A stretch of 57,633 nucleotides of DNA, filler included, from Sphacelaria rigidula (lineage: Eukaryota), in the NCBI GenBank assembly GCA_964200075.2. It is 5 parts of 5 records of this genome, joined end to end, with 100 filler letters (N's around TTAATTAATTAA, not from the genome) between each part and the next. Parts side by side here need not be neighbours in the genome. Positions count along the whole stretch, not along the records: positions 11,549 to 22,995 come from CAXNAA020004911.1; positions 23,096 to 34,541 come from CAXNAA020004912.1; 3 more parts are not named here. One strand, written 5' to 3'. Within the stretch, counting starts at the first letter, position 1; each line of letters begins with the position of its first letter. A program made the position numbers and the translations under genes. The notes beneath the pieces are model-generated. The model did not search any database and had not been told where the DNA came from. It saw only the letters and a list, made by a program, of their open reading frames with translations. This document shows, in pieces, positions 11,549-25,412 of this stretch.

Positions 11549-12763
11549 TGTTTCTTGCGGCCAGTATGTCGATTTAAAAAAAATACCGCGGTATCACGGG
11601 AATATTCCCGAGAGGAGCCTTGGAAATTTTGAACACCTGACCGTTTTTTACTGAAAATTTGTGTTTGGCCTGATTTGGCCAAAAATAAAAGTGCGGCCAG
11701 CGGGAGATGCAAAGTTGCCCTGGAACGGTCTCAACCAATAGAGCAAGTCGTTCCAAGGCGTCAGCATCCACCTAGCTCTCTTTTTGGGGCGTAAATCGAC
11801 GGAGAAGGGCCCAAATGGCAGTTTTCGAGAGGAATTCTGAACGGCTCCAACTAGAGTTGGCCTGAGGAAGAATTGTACGGCCCTGACTTCAGGACGCCGA
11901 AATATTTGAATGTTGGATGTAACCCGTTGACAACTTTGACCGCACACAGTACAGTACAGTGAGTACCTGGAGATGTATGGCCGTTTACCCCGGGTTTGCT
12001 GGCCCAGGACAGCCATGGGCAATACATACGGTACAGAGCCGTGAAGCATAGTACGGCTGCATGTTTGTTTGCGTCATCATGCCAACTGACAAATCTGATC
12101 GGGCTGAGCACGCATCCACAATACAACTTTCATGCGGGTGTTCTCGAGCGTTCGACTCTACGATACTGTACTGTCATGACAGGTAGTTCCATGCAGTGTA
12201 TGTACTACAACAGCACTACACTGTTTTCACAGCAGGGTTCATACATGGGCCAAGCAGCTATACACTTGCTTGCGTGCAACAGTACATTACCACAGATCGA
12301 GATGTATGCATCATACATTCGCCACGTCCAGCAGCGACAGAAATAAACCGAGAATGCTGTAGTTGTGCTGTTCAATGCATCCGACTACAAGGATGTATAC
12401 CTCTTCATGCAACGTGACTATGTTTCATGTAATATCGTAGTGTGTTTGATGGACTGTACTACTATACTGTACAAACTGTATGACTTTCGACAGATAGTGC
12501 CGGTGTTGATCATGCCGCGGAGGACCCCCAGTGAGTAGAAAGACCTCTATATATAAAAGCGGAGTGAAAAAAAATAGATAAGTGCGCGAAATATCGAAAT
12601 ATCGAAACATCCAGAAATGGTTCGCGCAAAAAAACAGAACATGTTTTAAATGCAACACATACGAACAACTTCAGTCCCTCGGAACCCAACACCAACACCT
12701 CCACCGATGCTCCTTACATCGCCGACTGACCCTTCAACAGACTAAAACACCGCCTGAATTCCT

Positions 12764-13492
12764 TCACTTCACCTGGCTAATCCCCAGCATTGTTGACATG
12801 GTGTAGCCCTTGAGCCGTGTGTAGGGATCTACGGCTCCGCCTTTGGCCGTATGGTATATTTCTCTAGGCTCAGCGATTTGGCCCAGAGCGGGGGGGGCCG
12901 ACATCCGCCGGCGATTTCGCCCGACCGTACACATCACTGGTGCCACTGCGTGTACCTGCAAGAGGTCGATCAGATCTGGATCAATGTCGAATGGCCCAAA
13001 GTGTTGGTAATTGGGTACGAGAGCAGGGTGCTCTACTGTCGGGTCTCATTGCTACTTGGTTATCCTCACACACGGCAAATTTGAATTAGACATCGTGTTC
13101 ACTCAACTACATCACACATTGTTGTGCACTTGTATATACTGACAGGTGTACTGCTGTAGTGTCTGTATGCGCTGTACGTACTGTACAGTGAGGATGCCCT
13201 CCGGCCGAGAAAGAGTATATAGGTATCTAACGACCTGTGTGGTGCACTCGTTCAAGTTTGGCTGGATCCTTCAAGCCTCGAAAGCCAACTATATCGAGTG
13301 AATGCTCGTACTTCGCCACCAGATTGCACCACCCTTGCGATCTCTGTTTTCGGAGGCTCCGACCCTCGGCACCCTCTACATGCTTAGTAGATCAAATCCT
13401 CTTACCCCCAACACACGTCGATCAACCGGAAGAGATAAATCTCACCTGCCGTGTCTGACGGAACCTTTCAACCCGCGCGAGGGTGTCGCACG
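12764..13492 (-). CDS. Possible last two exons of an unknown gene (13492-13446, 12955-12764)
   Basis: CAG|gtgag donor at 13446 and ctgat..ttgcag| acceptor at 12955 join in phase 0 (CDTLARVERFRQTRQ|VHAVAP...ISQVK*). No recognisable homology. Confidence 0.3.
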
Positions 13493-13984
13493 CTTAGGAC
13501 GCGGCAAGTGGAACGCCGCGTGACAGAAATGGAAGGGACGCGACACACTTGATTTTGTTGAAGCTGACAACCCGAACTGTTTCGAGGTGCGTTGTACCGA
13601 GAGGCGTTAGCAGGTTAGTGTGGCGAAACATTTCAGACCCGCGATTATAAGCAGTTCTTTGAAGTTCTCTTCACGAGGCCACAGTGAATCAGGCCAGCGA
13701 AAGAGGAGTACATTTTATTTGCATACCATGAAAAACTAGCACAAGAATACACACAGCATGTACTTTCCCCTCCACTTTACATTGCTATTGTTGATGCGGA
13801 AAATATCTTTCCGCCTGTCTAGCTGTCAACACCCCATCATCGCAAGCTACTATATATATATAGTAGTCAGCATCAGAAGTTTTCAGAATTCGTCGTTGTT
13901 CTATTTTTTTGAGTTTTTCTGGAGTACTATTGTTCACTACTATTTGAAATTGCTAGCGCCGGTAAATTTAGGGAGAAAGCGTAG

Positions 13985-14400
13985 GCCGCGCTCAAACTGC
14001 AGTGCTCAAGTTGGTGTTTTTGAGGCGATACGGACTTCATACCCCATTTATCAGGAGGGTGTTGTTGACCGTTTTTGGTGCAATATAAGAAGTTTTTCCG
14101 CTCTTCAGCGACGAAACGGCAAATATTCAGATAGATGAATACGTATGGATTTCTTCAGAATAATGATCGAGATCGTGTTTCCCTCCTATACTGCACAGAC
14201 CCCAGTCTAGCGTTTTCTGCGGATGGCCTATTTTCGTTTTTCCCGCATAACATTTTTCATGAGCACTCGAAATTGCTTAATAGCGTCGATAGTTTTGGCG
14301 AAATAAGCAAACCGTGCTCAAATCACAATCGCCCAAGTTGGAGTCGTGAGAGCGATACGGGTTAAAGACCCCGTTTATCAGGAGGGTGTTATTGACCGAC
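13985..14400. repeat. Diverged direct repeat with about 327-bp spacing
   Basis: gctcaaa...caagttgg...gcgatacgg...tttatcaggagggtgtt.ttgaccg at about 13985-14070 and 14312-14398. Confidence 0.75.
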
Positions 14401-15223
14401 CGTAAATGATCTGAGAAACACAGTTCTCCTGCTTTAGCGCAATGACTAGGTGGAGTTAAAAAAAATACAATCCTTTTTGGGTCTTCATTCATATGATCCG
14501 GATCGAGTTAATCCACCCAAAATACCGAAGAGCTGGAGCCTGGGGTCGTATTTTCGCAGGACCCCCGAAGATCGGTCAAGGCCGTAAGTCACTCATTATT
14601 GATGGCAGATGATTTTTCTTTCAATATTTGTCAAGAGGTATAAAATATCTCCGGCATCCAACAGTCACTGTGATGAGTGATGGCAAGCAAAAAAAAATTG
14701 GACAATCTTTGAGAAACTATGAAAATACGGATTCTGCATACTTCTGACGCTGACTACTGTAATACGAATAAAAAAAACTCTACACGCTCTTCCTTTCGGC
14801 ACTACTCCTGCGATCATTATGGTCGGCTAGCATGCAAAAAGTCTTCGCTGAAGGTGTGTTTCCTGCGGAATTCCAAACAATCACTTGCGTGGGACATCAA
14901 ACATCGGTATTTCATGGTAGTTCGTCGACGTATATTATAATACATGATACAGAGAGTATATCACACTATTTCATGGTGGCCGCCGCGCTCCTGCAGTTTT
15001 ACCGCTTCGACTGAAACCTGTTCCGGCGGGGGATTGAGGGTTGGAAATCCGGCGAATGAGTGCATGTACGTCTATTTTCTGACGAGTTTTGGATTTCCGT
15101 CGTTGAATGTGAGCACATGAGTAGCAGCATAACATGGCATTTACTTGACGAGAGTAGACGCGGCGCTGAAGCGCAGATCCAACCTTGAATCCAAAATATT
15201 AGGTGTATGCACAAGGTATACAC

Positions 15224-15325
15224 GGGGTGGGCGGGGGGCAGGGAGGGGGGGGGTGCTCATTTGTTGCTTGCCTTATAATAATCGTTTGATCATTTTCCAC
15301 GAATCCCTTTTGAGACGGGGCACCG
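15224..15325 (+). repeat. G-rich tract followed by a diverged repeat B
   Basis: G-runs, then tgctcatttgttgcttgcctta...gagacggggcac. Confidence 0.8.
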
Positions 15326-15359
15326 TTCCTACTACCCCTAAGAAAAAAATATGTAACAT

Positions 15360-15655
15360 TACTTTGTGCGCTCAACACGCTTCTTCGAGATATGAATTAC
15401 ACAGAAACCTTTTACATGTATATCTTATCCCCGTCCTGTTTCACCGTCTGTGGCCACCGTCCATCTCTTAGTACAACCACCGTTTCCTCGCTATTGTCCA
15501 TTGCATCAAACGATTTCATGCCACCTTCGTTCACTCCCCGCGTTTCCCCCTCTAGCACTTCCGGTTCTTCGTTGTATAGTTCACATTCTGCCACTATCTG
15601 AATTACACTCTCTGTTGCTTCGATAAAGGGGCAATTCTGTGCATCGACTTCCTCC
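15360..15655 (-). mobile_element. Non-LTR retrotransposon (LINE) ORF2 C-terminal remnant
   Basis: DAQNCP...ES...IVAECELYNEE.EVLE...WPQT.KQDGDKI followed by a frameshifted RFLCN. Resembles, from memory, the degenerate CCHC C-terminus of brown-algal LINE ORF2. Confidence 0.7.
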
Positions 15656-16935
15656 AGGGGCGGGTGAGGGCGGGGGGGGGGGGGGGGTACAGGGGTGATT
15701 CCTTGAGATTACTGACTCGTCTTGAGTATGGGTACGGGTTAAAAGTACGGCAGAAAAAACGACCACGACATCCTCAATGATTGATGAATGCGTGAAACGG
15801 TATCCAGACTCACCACCATATGTATGAAAGTGAAGAGAGAACATACCGAAAAAAAGTCAACACCTGGCTCGTGAACCACATGCATCATTCCCCTTATACC
15901 GCCGGCGCCTCATCTTCACTCATGTGCGTTATCTCATTAATGCCGTTGGCCAGTGTCAGACACATTGCGACTGGGAAGTCAGTACCTCTGGTTATGTAAC
16001 TGCTCACGATTAATACATTTGTTTTGGGGACTACAGCATTACAACCGTCAACACCTTCATGTCCGCGTGCTAGTCCGTCCTACAACATAACTGCGCGAAT
16101 AAGTCCATATGACGTATCGCACGGCTTGTTTGTCCAGCAGTACGTGTGAATGTACGCATGTATGCCATTTACGCGGTGGGGAATGTCAGGAAGTATTGCT
16201 CAGACGTGCGTGAACGCCATCCCTTCCCAAAGTAATGTAACGGCATAGTTGAGGTACGTTGGAGAGTGCTTCGCACACACATGCAAAGTTCTTCATGCGT
16301 AGCAGGTATATGGTGAGCCGTTCGACCAAATAGAAACATAGCATAGCCCAAGTGTATTATGTGCAAAAACGGAGGTAGATGGGTTCTTATTATACCGGAA
16401 TCGGTCTTGCGTTGCGTGAACTATCAGCAATGTAGGTTGGTCGTACCCAACTGGTGCCACGTTCTTCAATACGGTGAAACCAGAGACGTCGAGCTCTATC
16501 GACGAAATACGCCGTAGCAATCGCCCAACACAAACATTCACCCAAGAGATGCTCTTCAAATGATAGACCCACTGACCCAATTTCCTCTATAGCAGAACTA
16601 AGGGGGGGGGGGGGGAAATGATCACTCACAAATGGTATATACCTTGAATAAAATAAGATTTATATCATGATAAAAGCTCCGAGTCGCCAGTAACTGTACA
16701 TATGCTTGGCACAGACGAAACGCGAGCAGATTCGCTTCATGTATCCGATCTTTCCCGCTTGCGGCCGTATCAACACCCTCGCCTCGCCTCAAAACCCCAC
16801 ACCCACTTCCGCCCCCCGCCCCTCCCCCTCCTTCAACTGGGTATCGTGGGTGGACAACACCCTGCAGAGGACAAAACAAGAACATTCTCATACAGTGAAA
16901 ACTTTCGAGGAAGCCCAGTCAACCCCATTCAAGTT

Positions 16936-17327
16936 TCAATGGTCTTCCAGAGACCTTCGAAGAATCTCCGCCAAAAGCTCATCCTCCGTCATCTCTCCTT
17001 CGTCCCCTCCACCCTCCCCGGCACCTGCCCCGTCGCTTGCGCTCGGCGCATGCGCAGCCGGGGCCGTTGGCGGCTGCGCCGCCGACGGGACAGGGACAGG
17101 CCAGGTCGATTCCCTCCCTGGTACCGTCGCGGGTGGTGCAAAACCCGGTCCTGGGTTGGGGTTCGTGCCTGTCGCCGGGGTTCCCAGAGTTGCCTGCATT
17201 TGCGCTCCTACTTGCAGTCCGGCCCTCTGGAGGGCTGGCGGATTGGGGTTTTGCGCCAGGCGTTGCGCGTACGAGTCAAGCATGGAAGGGTCTGCTCGCA
17301 TAGCATTCAGGGCTTGCGACATCAATC
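16936..17327 (-). CDS. Terminal exon of a ubiquitin-binding protein: STI1-like segment, Pro/Ala linker, C-terminal UIM
   Basis: aacccag|GA acceptor (phase 1), then GLMSQALNAMRADPSML...MTEDELLAEILRRSLEDH*. GC-rich coding composition. Confidence 0.75.
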
Positions 17328-18639
17328 CTGGGTTCGATACGAAGTCCGGGGTCGAGCGGAGACGCAGCGGAGAGGTTTGGGGGGGGGGGGGCAAGGGTTA
17401 CTGATATTGCGCGGACCCTGATTGTTTGGTTCACTGCCACCCATGCGGCATCGAGAGCAAGGAGCTCTCGTCTTTGCTGGGGGGGATGTCGTGGGGCGGA
17501 TGAGCACTGCTAATGAAGGAGCTTGGACTTCCGCTTGGGGTGACCAATCTCGTGCGAGCAGGTGTTCCTACCCTTTTCCGTTTGTGTCGGGGGCGTCATG
17601 ACCACTGCTGTCGTGCCGCTTCGGGTAAAAATATGACCTACGGAGAACGGTGAAGTGAACATGGGAATGCACCTGCGTTGGAATGGAGGCACGGAAGAGC
17701 TTTTATCGCTTCAGGACCCCCGTGCAAAAGTAGTCTATGAGGCACGTTTTTGGCCTGATCTTTGTTCGACTGTTGCTGATCACGGTCAGTCGCCGTTTTA
17801 TGCGCTTGCACCATTGGCACTAAAACGGACCGATGGCTTCGGGGAACTCACGTAGCCTTTCAAGTGTGGCTCGTTGCTATAATAGCAAATTTGCACTTGC
17901 TTTGGAGGGCTGTTTGTTTGCCTAGTCCAGGCGTGCGTATGCATGAAGGATGCTCGCTCGTCGATTCCTACACATCTCAGACTAGCACGTTTGGTACATA
18001 ACCTGGGACCTTGAGGTGGTTCAACGACTTACTGTAACATGCTGTACTGTGCATACCGTCTGTGGTAACGGTAGACTCTCTACATGCCTTCAGACCAGAC
18101 ATCCTGCTTCCGTACTACATAACAAACTTTACCCGCGTATCAGATGGCACTGCGGGCATGCTACCGATGCCATCTTTCGCCAGAGAGGATCATGAATTGT
18201 GTAAGACAAGCTTAGCCCCAGCGGGAGCTGCTGTCGTCACCACAGGCTACATGTAAACCGTACCAAAATGAGAATTTCAGATGGAAAAGGAGTGCAAGGC
18301 ATTTCTCCTATCGGCTGTACTTCTCTTTTTCACTGTGGAGTGCAACACAAATACACGAGTTATCAAGTATCTTCTACATCCTATCGAGCAAGACCCAAGA
18401 CAATCATCGATCGTCCTAACTTGAACATCACAAAACAAGAGTCACTCCCAAAGAACCAGACATCAGAACTGTTGAGATGCTTCGTAGAATACGCTTCACA
18501 GACGGGTACCCCAACCCTTGAATATACCTGTTGTAGGTACAAGTTATGGTGTGCACAGGAGTCGATATTTTCGATTTGCGAGCGACTTGACAACAAAAAG
18601 ATCCACGGAGAAAAAGAAGGCGAGCGGGCGCACGTGGCG

Positions 18640-20035
18640 GGGGGGGGGGGGGGGGGGGGAGTACTCAAAGCCGAGACGGGGTACGCCGGGCTTTCGCCGG
18701 ACCGGCCTCGCAATCCATCGCCAACCGCGAAGCGCCGTGATGTGTTCGGCGAGTCGCGTGAAGGGCGAGTTGCACCCTGCCAAGATTGTTCGGCCCGAAG
18801 CGTACTGATTATCTCGCATATGGAAGACATTTCCCAATGAGTTGCTTCATTTTCTTGTATCGCTACTTCCAGAGACAGCTACGGCTTACATACTGCCTCA
18901 CGGGTGTCTCGCCATTTAAACATTACGTAGTAGAGAGTTTCGGAAGATTTTGTTTCTGATCATAGAGTCAGAGTGCAGAGTGGAAGCGTTGAAACTTCAG
19001 AGTGGACGCTAAAACGTTCATAGCGGAAGCTGATGTGACGTGGCTTGATGTGGACTTTTCCCCCCGCAGTGATTGGCCACAGGTTGTGCCGCCAAATAAA
19101 TTTGCGATCGCCCAGCGTGCAGTCCGGTGCAGTCCGAAAATGCACCAGTCAAGACAGCACTCCCTGTACCATATCCTGCGGCACCGTACGTGCCGTTCTC
19201 CACGCTTCATTGCACCTGTAGTACTTTAATCCACCACCACGGTGCACCACAGGGTACTGTAGTGCTGAGGGCTGTGCAGTGTAGAGTACAGCCAGTGCAG
19301 TATAGCGAGTGCAATGCAGCACCCTACAACAGTACATCGCGGTACGGTGAACTACTGCGATGCCGTACAGTCAGTTGTACTGTAATACAGCAGCACAACA
19401 GTACAGAAGTAGGCAGCATTTTTCAACAACAGGCAAGGCTGCATCGTGATGATTTCCCAACATGCCACCCGTAAGTGTGGTGCAAGAAGTCATGACCTCT
19501 GACGAAATGACAATGTAGCCAGGTGTAGTGTTGCCTGTGCGTTAAAGACTATGAATCGTTCACACCGTCTTCTTACAGCTGAGGCTGGCAAGAGTGGGGA
19601 ACTGCACCCAAGGGCAATGTGTACCCGTCGAGCATTTGAATGTTCACGCAACACAACCAAGCGAATGCTGATACCATGGCGGCGTCAGGCAGGTCTTCTG
19701 ATTGCCATGTCAAGGCTTTCTACTTCGTGAACGGCCCATTGTGATGCGTATGGCAGTTTTGATGACTGACGAAAGTCCCACTTTGCTTGTTAGGGTGTGT
19801 TGACATTGAACCGGACGTGACCATGGCGGTGAAGGTGGGCGTCGTCCTTCTTCATTCCGCTATGAGCTCTGGAGAGGAACAACGGTTTTCAGAGTCAAGT
19901 GGGGCAAACGGCGATCTGACTCTGAAAAATCGCTCTGAAACAAACTTCATAGCAGAAAGTGCACCGTCACCGGCTATGTTTCCTTCCACTCTAACTCCAA
20001 GATTTGAAGAAACCTTTTCCGAAACTGTCTGATAT
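18640..20035 (+). mobile_element. Poly-G, internally deleted repeat A and the 1.1-kb block (truncated element copy)
   Basis: Same order as 249-1925. Abuts the copia gag at about 20035. Confidence 0.8.
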
Positions 20036-22995
20036 ATACTTTTTTTAACTACGACCGGACCTGCAAACAGTTTTACGCTACGGTTCGAACCACAGGGCTC
20101 AGCCATTGCGGACGGTAAGAAAGCTTGGGGCGGCTCGACTGCCAAATCTCAGAACCCATCAAAACAAAGACGTCGAATTCTGATGAGACAGTTAGACAAT
20201 TTTACTATGTCGCAGGGTGAGGACCCGGATGTATTCCTCTCAAATTTATATCAAATCAAAGACGAAATAACGAATACGGGTGAAAGCGTCAATGATAAAG
20301 GTTGACAGATATAGCAATAGAAGGGCTGACTGATGACTACAGTCAAATTCAATACGACACTGAGCGAGATTCTGATTTTAGCCTGTCTCAGATAGAATCA
20401 ACCATGAGGAATCTATACGTCAACTGTTTAGCTCGTGATCAATCTGTGCGAAAATATGTAAGTCGAGAGAGTGCTACGCATGCATCATCATCACCCCTAG
20501 ATTCGTCTTCGAGGGCCACCAAATCTCAGAATAAATTGTATAATTGCGGGAAACCTGGTCACCTCATGCGTGACTGCAGCTCTAGGAAGCAGCGTAACGG
20601 CAGATAGGTTAAGTGTTGTGGCCTACACAAAACAAATTAACATGATAACTCAGAGTGAAAAAATCAAATGAACAATGGGAACGCAAGTGGTACCTCTGGA
20701 TACAATAGTAATAATCGCTACGGTAATAACCGAAACAACAATCATAACCGTAATCGTAGTAACAATAATAACCATCGAAACATTCAGAATTATGGACCTG
20801 TCAATCCGGCGAACATAGCTACTACAACTCCCACTTCAACTACGGTACCTATGTACACCAATGTCCAGCAATCAAGTGCGCCTACAGCAGCGACTGTCAT
20901 GGAATCTTCTCCACCAAGTGAAGTTGAGTATACCTTGCTTGCTGGGGATCTAGCAGATTCTCCTGATACGCATGTGGCGACCCCATTTACGATGGTAGTG
21001 GACAGCGGGGCCAGCAACCACTTTCTGGATTCCCACCTACTTTTTAACATTGAAGGGGAGATACTTGGCCTCGTTAAGCATGATTCACCCATGTGCATAT
21101 TAGCAGCAGGAATACACATGTTACAAGGCACAGGGAAAGGCATTATTCAATCGTTGGTTACTGACGTCAATGATATTGAACGCTCTCTTTGTTAGCCCGT
21201 CGCAATAGTTCTAGGTCTAGGAAAACACACATCTCCTCCTTGCGAGGCCCTGAGCAAGGTTGTTTCAACCGTGTTCTCTACGAAGTCACACACTGATGTA
21301 GGTGGTTTTCAAATTCCAACCACAATTAAAAATACTGGGGCATTGCATAATATCAGCTTGAGAACTGTTCAAGCACATAATAACTTTCATAGAATAGCAC
21401 TGGTATCCACCACCATTTCTGGGATAGTAATGGGGTTAGGTCCTGCGTATGCACCTGAAGTTATTGATCTAGAACAGCCCGAAGGCCCTGCAATTAACTC
21501 AACTGTGATAAGAGCAGAAGTCTGGCACACAAGACTAGGTCACCCCTCTGAGCAAGTTATGCTTAGTACAACTGATATTACAGAAGAGTCATCCTACGAT
21601 AGGGGGGGGGGTATCTGGTTGCACGTAAAACCAGTCTCATAAGTGTGTCAGACATCCTTCCACACTTACGTTGCGCTTGTATTTGGTTCCAAACGGTGTC
21701 AGGCAGTATGGATGAGCGTAATTGATCCACAACAAGCTTGTTCGAACAACCGTTGCTGCTTTTAACGACGATCTGACTCGAAATTTCGGGCAAAAAATGG
21801 CCCAAAATACCCCCTCCCCCCTATCGTAGGATCACTCAGAATCAGTCGTAAATTTCGAAGGCACACTTACTTCATGTGACACTTGTATGATCAGTGAATG
21901 TACACATCGAAATCACCCAAAGACAATCAACTCGGACAATATAATCGATCGTCTTCAACCTGTCAGCACTGATATTTTAGGTCCAGTGACACCTATAGCA
22001 ATTGGAGGTTTTCAAGTGAACAGCTAAATTTACTGATTATTTCAGTAGATTGAAGATTTTATATTTCATTCAAAGTAAAGATGAAGCTTTAACCACACTT
22101 CACAAATTCATCCAAGATCTAGCAATTTCCCTAGGACTTCGAGTCCAACGTATACGGATTGATCGTGGGGGAGAGTACATAGCAGTTTTTTTCGACAATA
22201 TTGTAAAATGACGGGGACTTTACAAGAATAAACAGCATCGTACACGCCGCAACAGAATGGGATGTCGGAACGTGGCGGGAAAACTATCATGAAAGTTACC
22301 CGATGCCTATTACATGAAGAAATTTACTCGAGAATTTATGGGAAGAGATGGCTGCTACTGCTGTACTTTTATTAATCTCCTACCGCACAGTAGCATTAAT
22401 GGTGAAATTCCCGATAATCGAATGTTCGTAAAAGATGCCAAACTATCATTTTTGCGCATAATCGGCTCGCGTGCTTTTGTACACGTAGAAGGTCATATTA
22501 ATAAGTTAGAGCAAAAGACATGGAAAGGTGTCCTAGTAGGTTATGACTCTAATAGTCCGTGTTATCGGATATATAATCGACAAACTGGTCGCATTGTAAG
22601 TTCGAGAAATGTTGCCTCCATAGAGTAATCAGCCAGAATTATCTCCATTGATACACATGCTACTTGGGGAACAGAAAACGGGGATGGAAATGAAGACGAT
22701 ATCTTCGAACTTCCAAATGATGAACAGCAAGAAATTTTCAACTTGAACGACGATTCATTCGATGGTATCACTCAATTGGAGCATTCACCCACTGAGCGAA
22801 CAACACCGATGCGACTTCGTTCTGCAGGTGTCCCAGATCATGATATATCTCAACGGACAAATATGCGCCAAGCCAGAGAATTGCGCAAACTCGCCATCGA
22901 CTCTGTTGAATACTATCAACACTCGAGTAGAATTCTCGATAGTGTTACCCAATATATAGGAGTAGTCGGTATCGAAGATATAGTAGACTAATGCC
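20035..22995 (+). mobile_element. Decayed Ty1/copia LTR retrotransposon (gag, zinc knuckle, protease, GAG-pre-integrase, integrase); 5' end missing, 3' end cut by contig end
   Basis: DGKKAW, GEDPDVFL, YNCGKPGHLMRDC, VDSGASNH, WHTRLGH..CDTC, TDILGP, DRGGEY, TPQQNGMSER, GSRAFVH..GVLVGY. Many stops and frameshifts. Confidence 0.95.
21586..21837. mobile_element. 252-bp MITE with GAG...CTC TIRs and 4-bp TSD AGAA (Sola2-like), nested in the copia
   Basis: agaa|GAGTCATCCTACGATAGGGGG...CCCCCTATCGTAGGATCACTC|agaa. Removing it restores the copia frame DITESVVNFEGTLTSCDTC. Confidence 0.92.
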
Positions 22996-23095
22996 NNNNN
23001 NNNNNNNNNNNNNNNNNNNNNNNNNNNNNNNNNNNNNNNTTAATTAATTAANNNNNNNNNNNNNNNNNNNNNNNNNNNNNNNNNNNNNNNNNNNN
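22996..23095. other. Artificial contig spacer
   Basis: N44-TTAATTAATTAA-N44. Confidence 0.98.
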
Positions 23096-23178
23096 TCATT
23101 TGTTGCTTGCCTTAGTCGTTTGACCATTGACCACGCATCCCTTTCGAGACGGAGCACCGCTATGGGGGGGGGGGGGGG
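23096..23178 (+). repeat. Repeat B followed by a G-run at the contig start
   Basis: tcatttgttgcttgccttagtcgtttgaccattgaccacgcatccc...G-run. Confidence 0.9.
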
Positions 23179-23305
23179 TATTTAGTCCTCTTTCCAATTC
23201 GTGTGGGAACTACGCCCGTTTTCTGCGTAGCTATTCTCTACACTTGATCTCTAACGCGCATCTTTCGGTCATGATGTTTGTTGTACCTTTTCCCTCAAAA
23301 TTGCC

Positions 23306-23487
23306 ATGTTCTTCATGACCCCGCTCGCCCGCCTTGCACAGTCAGGCAAGCTCCTCGCCGCCGCCGCTGTTGCCGCCCTTTGCTTGCGCCCCGACGCCCC
23401 ACCTTTTACGTCTGGAGCTAACGTCGTCGCTGCAGGTCCTCGCTGCAGCTCTGGCGGCTGGAAGGGTGTTAGCTCGTGCCCCCTACG
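23306..23487 (+). CDS. Probable first exon with a signal/targeting peptide
   Basis: gccATG, then MFFMTPLARLAQSGKLLAAAAVAALCLRP. Donor CG|gtgtgt (phase 2) is compatible with the exon at 25747. Confidence 0.5.
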
Positions 23488-24679
23488 GTGTGTCTGGCCG
23501 TGCGCGAATTCCGAGCATCTACGTGTATTATTTTGTTCAGGTTGAAAACGGCAAGCAACAGCAACAAATACAAACATGATTTTATCAAATGGTGAAAAAA
23601 GGGAAAAAAAACACGCGGCGGGGAAACGAAGGCCTGAAACGCGTAGAACAGTAGATTAATATCACACCCGAGTATACATACGACCACCTTATTCGGCCCT
23701 TTCGATTTACCTTTGTAGCGTTCACGTATGTAGTCCTTTCTGCCAACGGATTGTAGTGGAAGGGTATTTTTGCAATAGGCTTCATGTGAAAGCAGATATT
23801 TTGTATTGGTAAATATGTGTACAGGAGGAGCACCGGAAAAGGTATACCTTGTCGCTTATGCCCATTTTGTGGTGCAGTAGCCATCGAGGTTCTACGTACG
23901 CTAAAAAATGTTAAAAAAAAAAACACTTTTTGGGTGCGCAGGGTACACAAGTTGCCAGAAAATGGTATGGCAGGGGCTCCACTCGGCAAATTGTGACAAA
24001 AAAAGGTGACACCCGAGAGCAGTACATGATTGATCTATTCATGGTAGCGCACCAAGTCATCCCCTACGACGAGAACGAACGTGTGTCTCTTTCCATTCTG
24101 GAGTAGTTTTGGGTACACAACAGTTTGGTGAACCAACTCATAACCTTGCAGCTGTGCTAAATACCACCCCGTCTATTTTCTGCCAATTTTCGGGCAATAA
24201 ATGAGTAAAAAGGAAGCACTAGTGCGTGTTCTCGGCAAAGCAAACCGAGTCGACCCCGCGCACGTCTCTTCTGCGTTGCGAAAACAAGTCGGTGAAGGGT
24301 CAAACACAACGAGGAACAACCCAAGATGAACACTAAGCCTCCGCTTTGCAAGTATGAATCTCAAGCACTCTCCCAATCGATTCCTCCCAACTGGTGGCAG
24401 CGAAAGCGCTTTCGATCAACCATCCGGACTTACTTCCGAAGTCTATTTCCCCAAATGTTTGGGGCTTGTCTCGACAAGACAAGCACTTAATTTTTTTTCA
24501 ATAAACTCAACTTTTCGAAAAATTATGTTCACATTTTTCGAAATTCGCAATGTTTTGGGGCGCGAGCATTTTCGAAGGCGAGTTTTTATGGCCCAAAAGG
24601 TCCATGAGAGTCATTTTGAAACTTTTACCCGTCCTCCCCTGTAACGCTGTCACAGTATACATTTGCTTAAACATTGCCT

Positions 24680-24740
24680 GAGAGGAGAAGCACTTGAGGC
24701 ATGTGTGCGAGAGGGGAAGCACTTGAGGCATGTGTGCGAG
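24680..24740. repeat. 29-bp tandem duplication
   Basis: gagagg(a/g)gaagcacttgaggcatgtgtgc x2. Confidence 0.85.
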
Positions 24741-25269
24741 TAGCAGAGGCTGAAGTATAACCTTTCAAGCGCTTTACACCAAACGCGACAAGAAGAGTGA
24801 TAACAACACTGCAGTTTAGCCTCCGGTGCATCCGATGTGGTGATATAATCGATTGGTTGGTGCAAACTCCAAATGCTTCGCCATGAGTCCTGCCGCGATA
24901 ACAAGATAATCGTCCCGACCGGAAAGAAACGGGGAAAAAGACTTCATGATCTTACGACCGTAATCATCACGATTAGGGTGCCACCCCTAAGGCTCATGTC
25001 CGAAGTTCTTGTCCTTGTGCCATACACCTTGCCGAGCATAGTTTGCGAAATTCCGACAAGAAAATGATGAAAACTTCCGCCAATTCAGACATCACAGTCT
25101 CTAAGCGATAATAACCACGGTCGTCCATTAAGCGTCTCACGGTACTTGTTCAGAGTCTGTTGGGGGACGACCGTCCCACGAATGGGGAGAGCGGAGGAGC
25201 AAGGGGAGAGATCAAATCGTCGATACTGGAAAATGAACTATATCATGCTTCTGACAGATCTGGCGTTTG

Positions 25270-25357
25270 TTGTTTGTTTGTTTTTTCTTCCTTTATTTTC
25301 TCTCCCCGTTGAACTCGGGGGAGCTACGTCTCACCGGTTTTCGTGGCGTCGCTCTTC

Positions 25358-25412
<55 letters not shown>

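Noticed and set aside
18268-18640. Possible 5' part of the copia gag or RNase H
   Set aside because: Only vague resemblance, with no LTR or PBS and no convincing motif.
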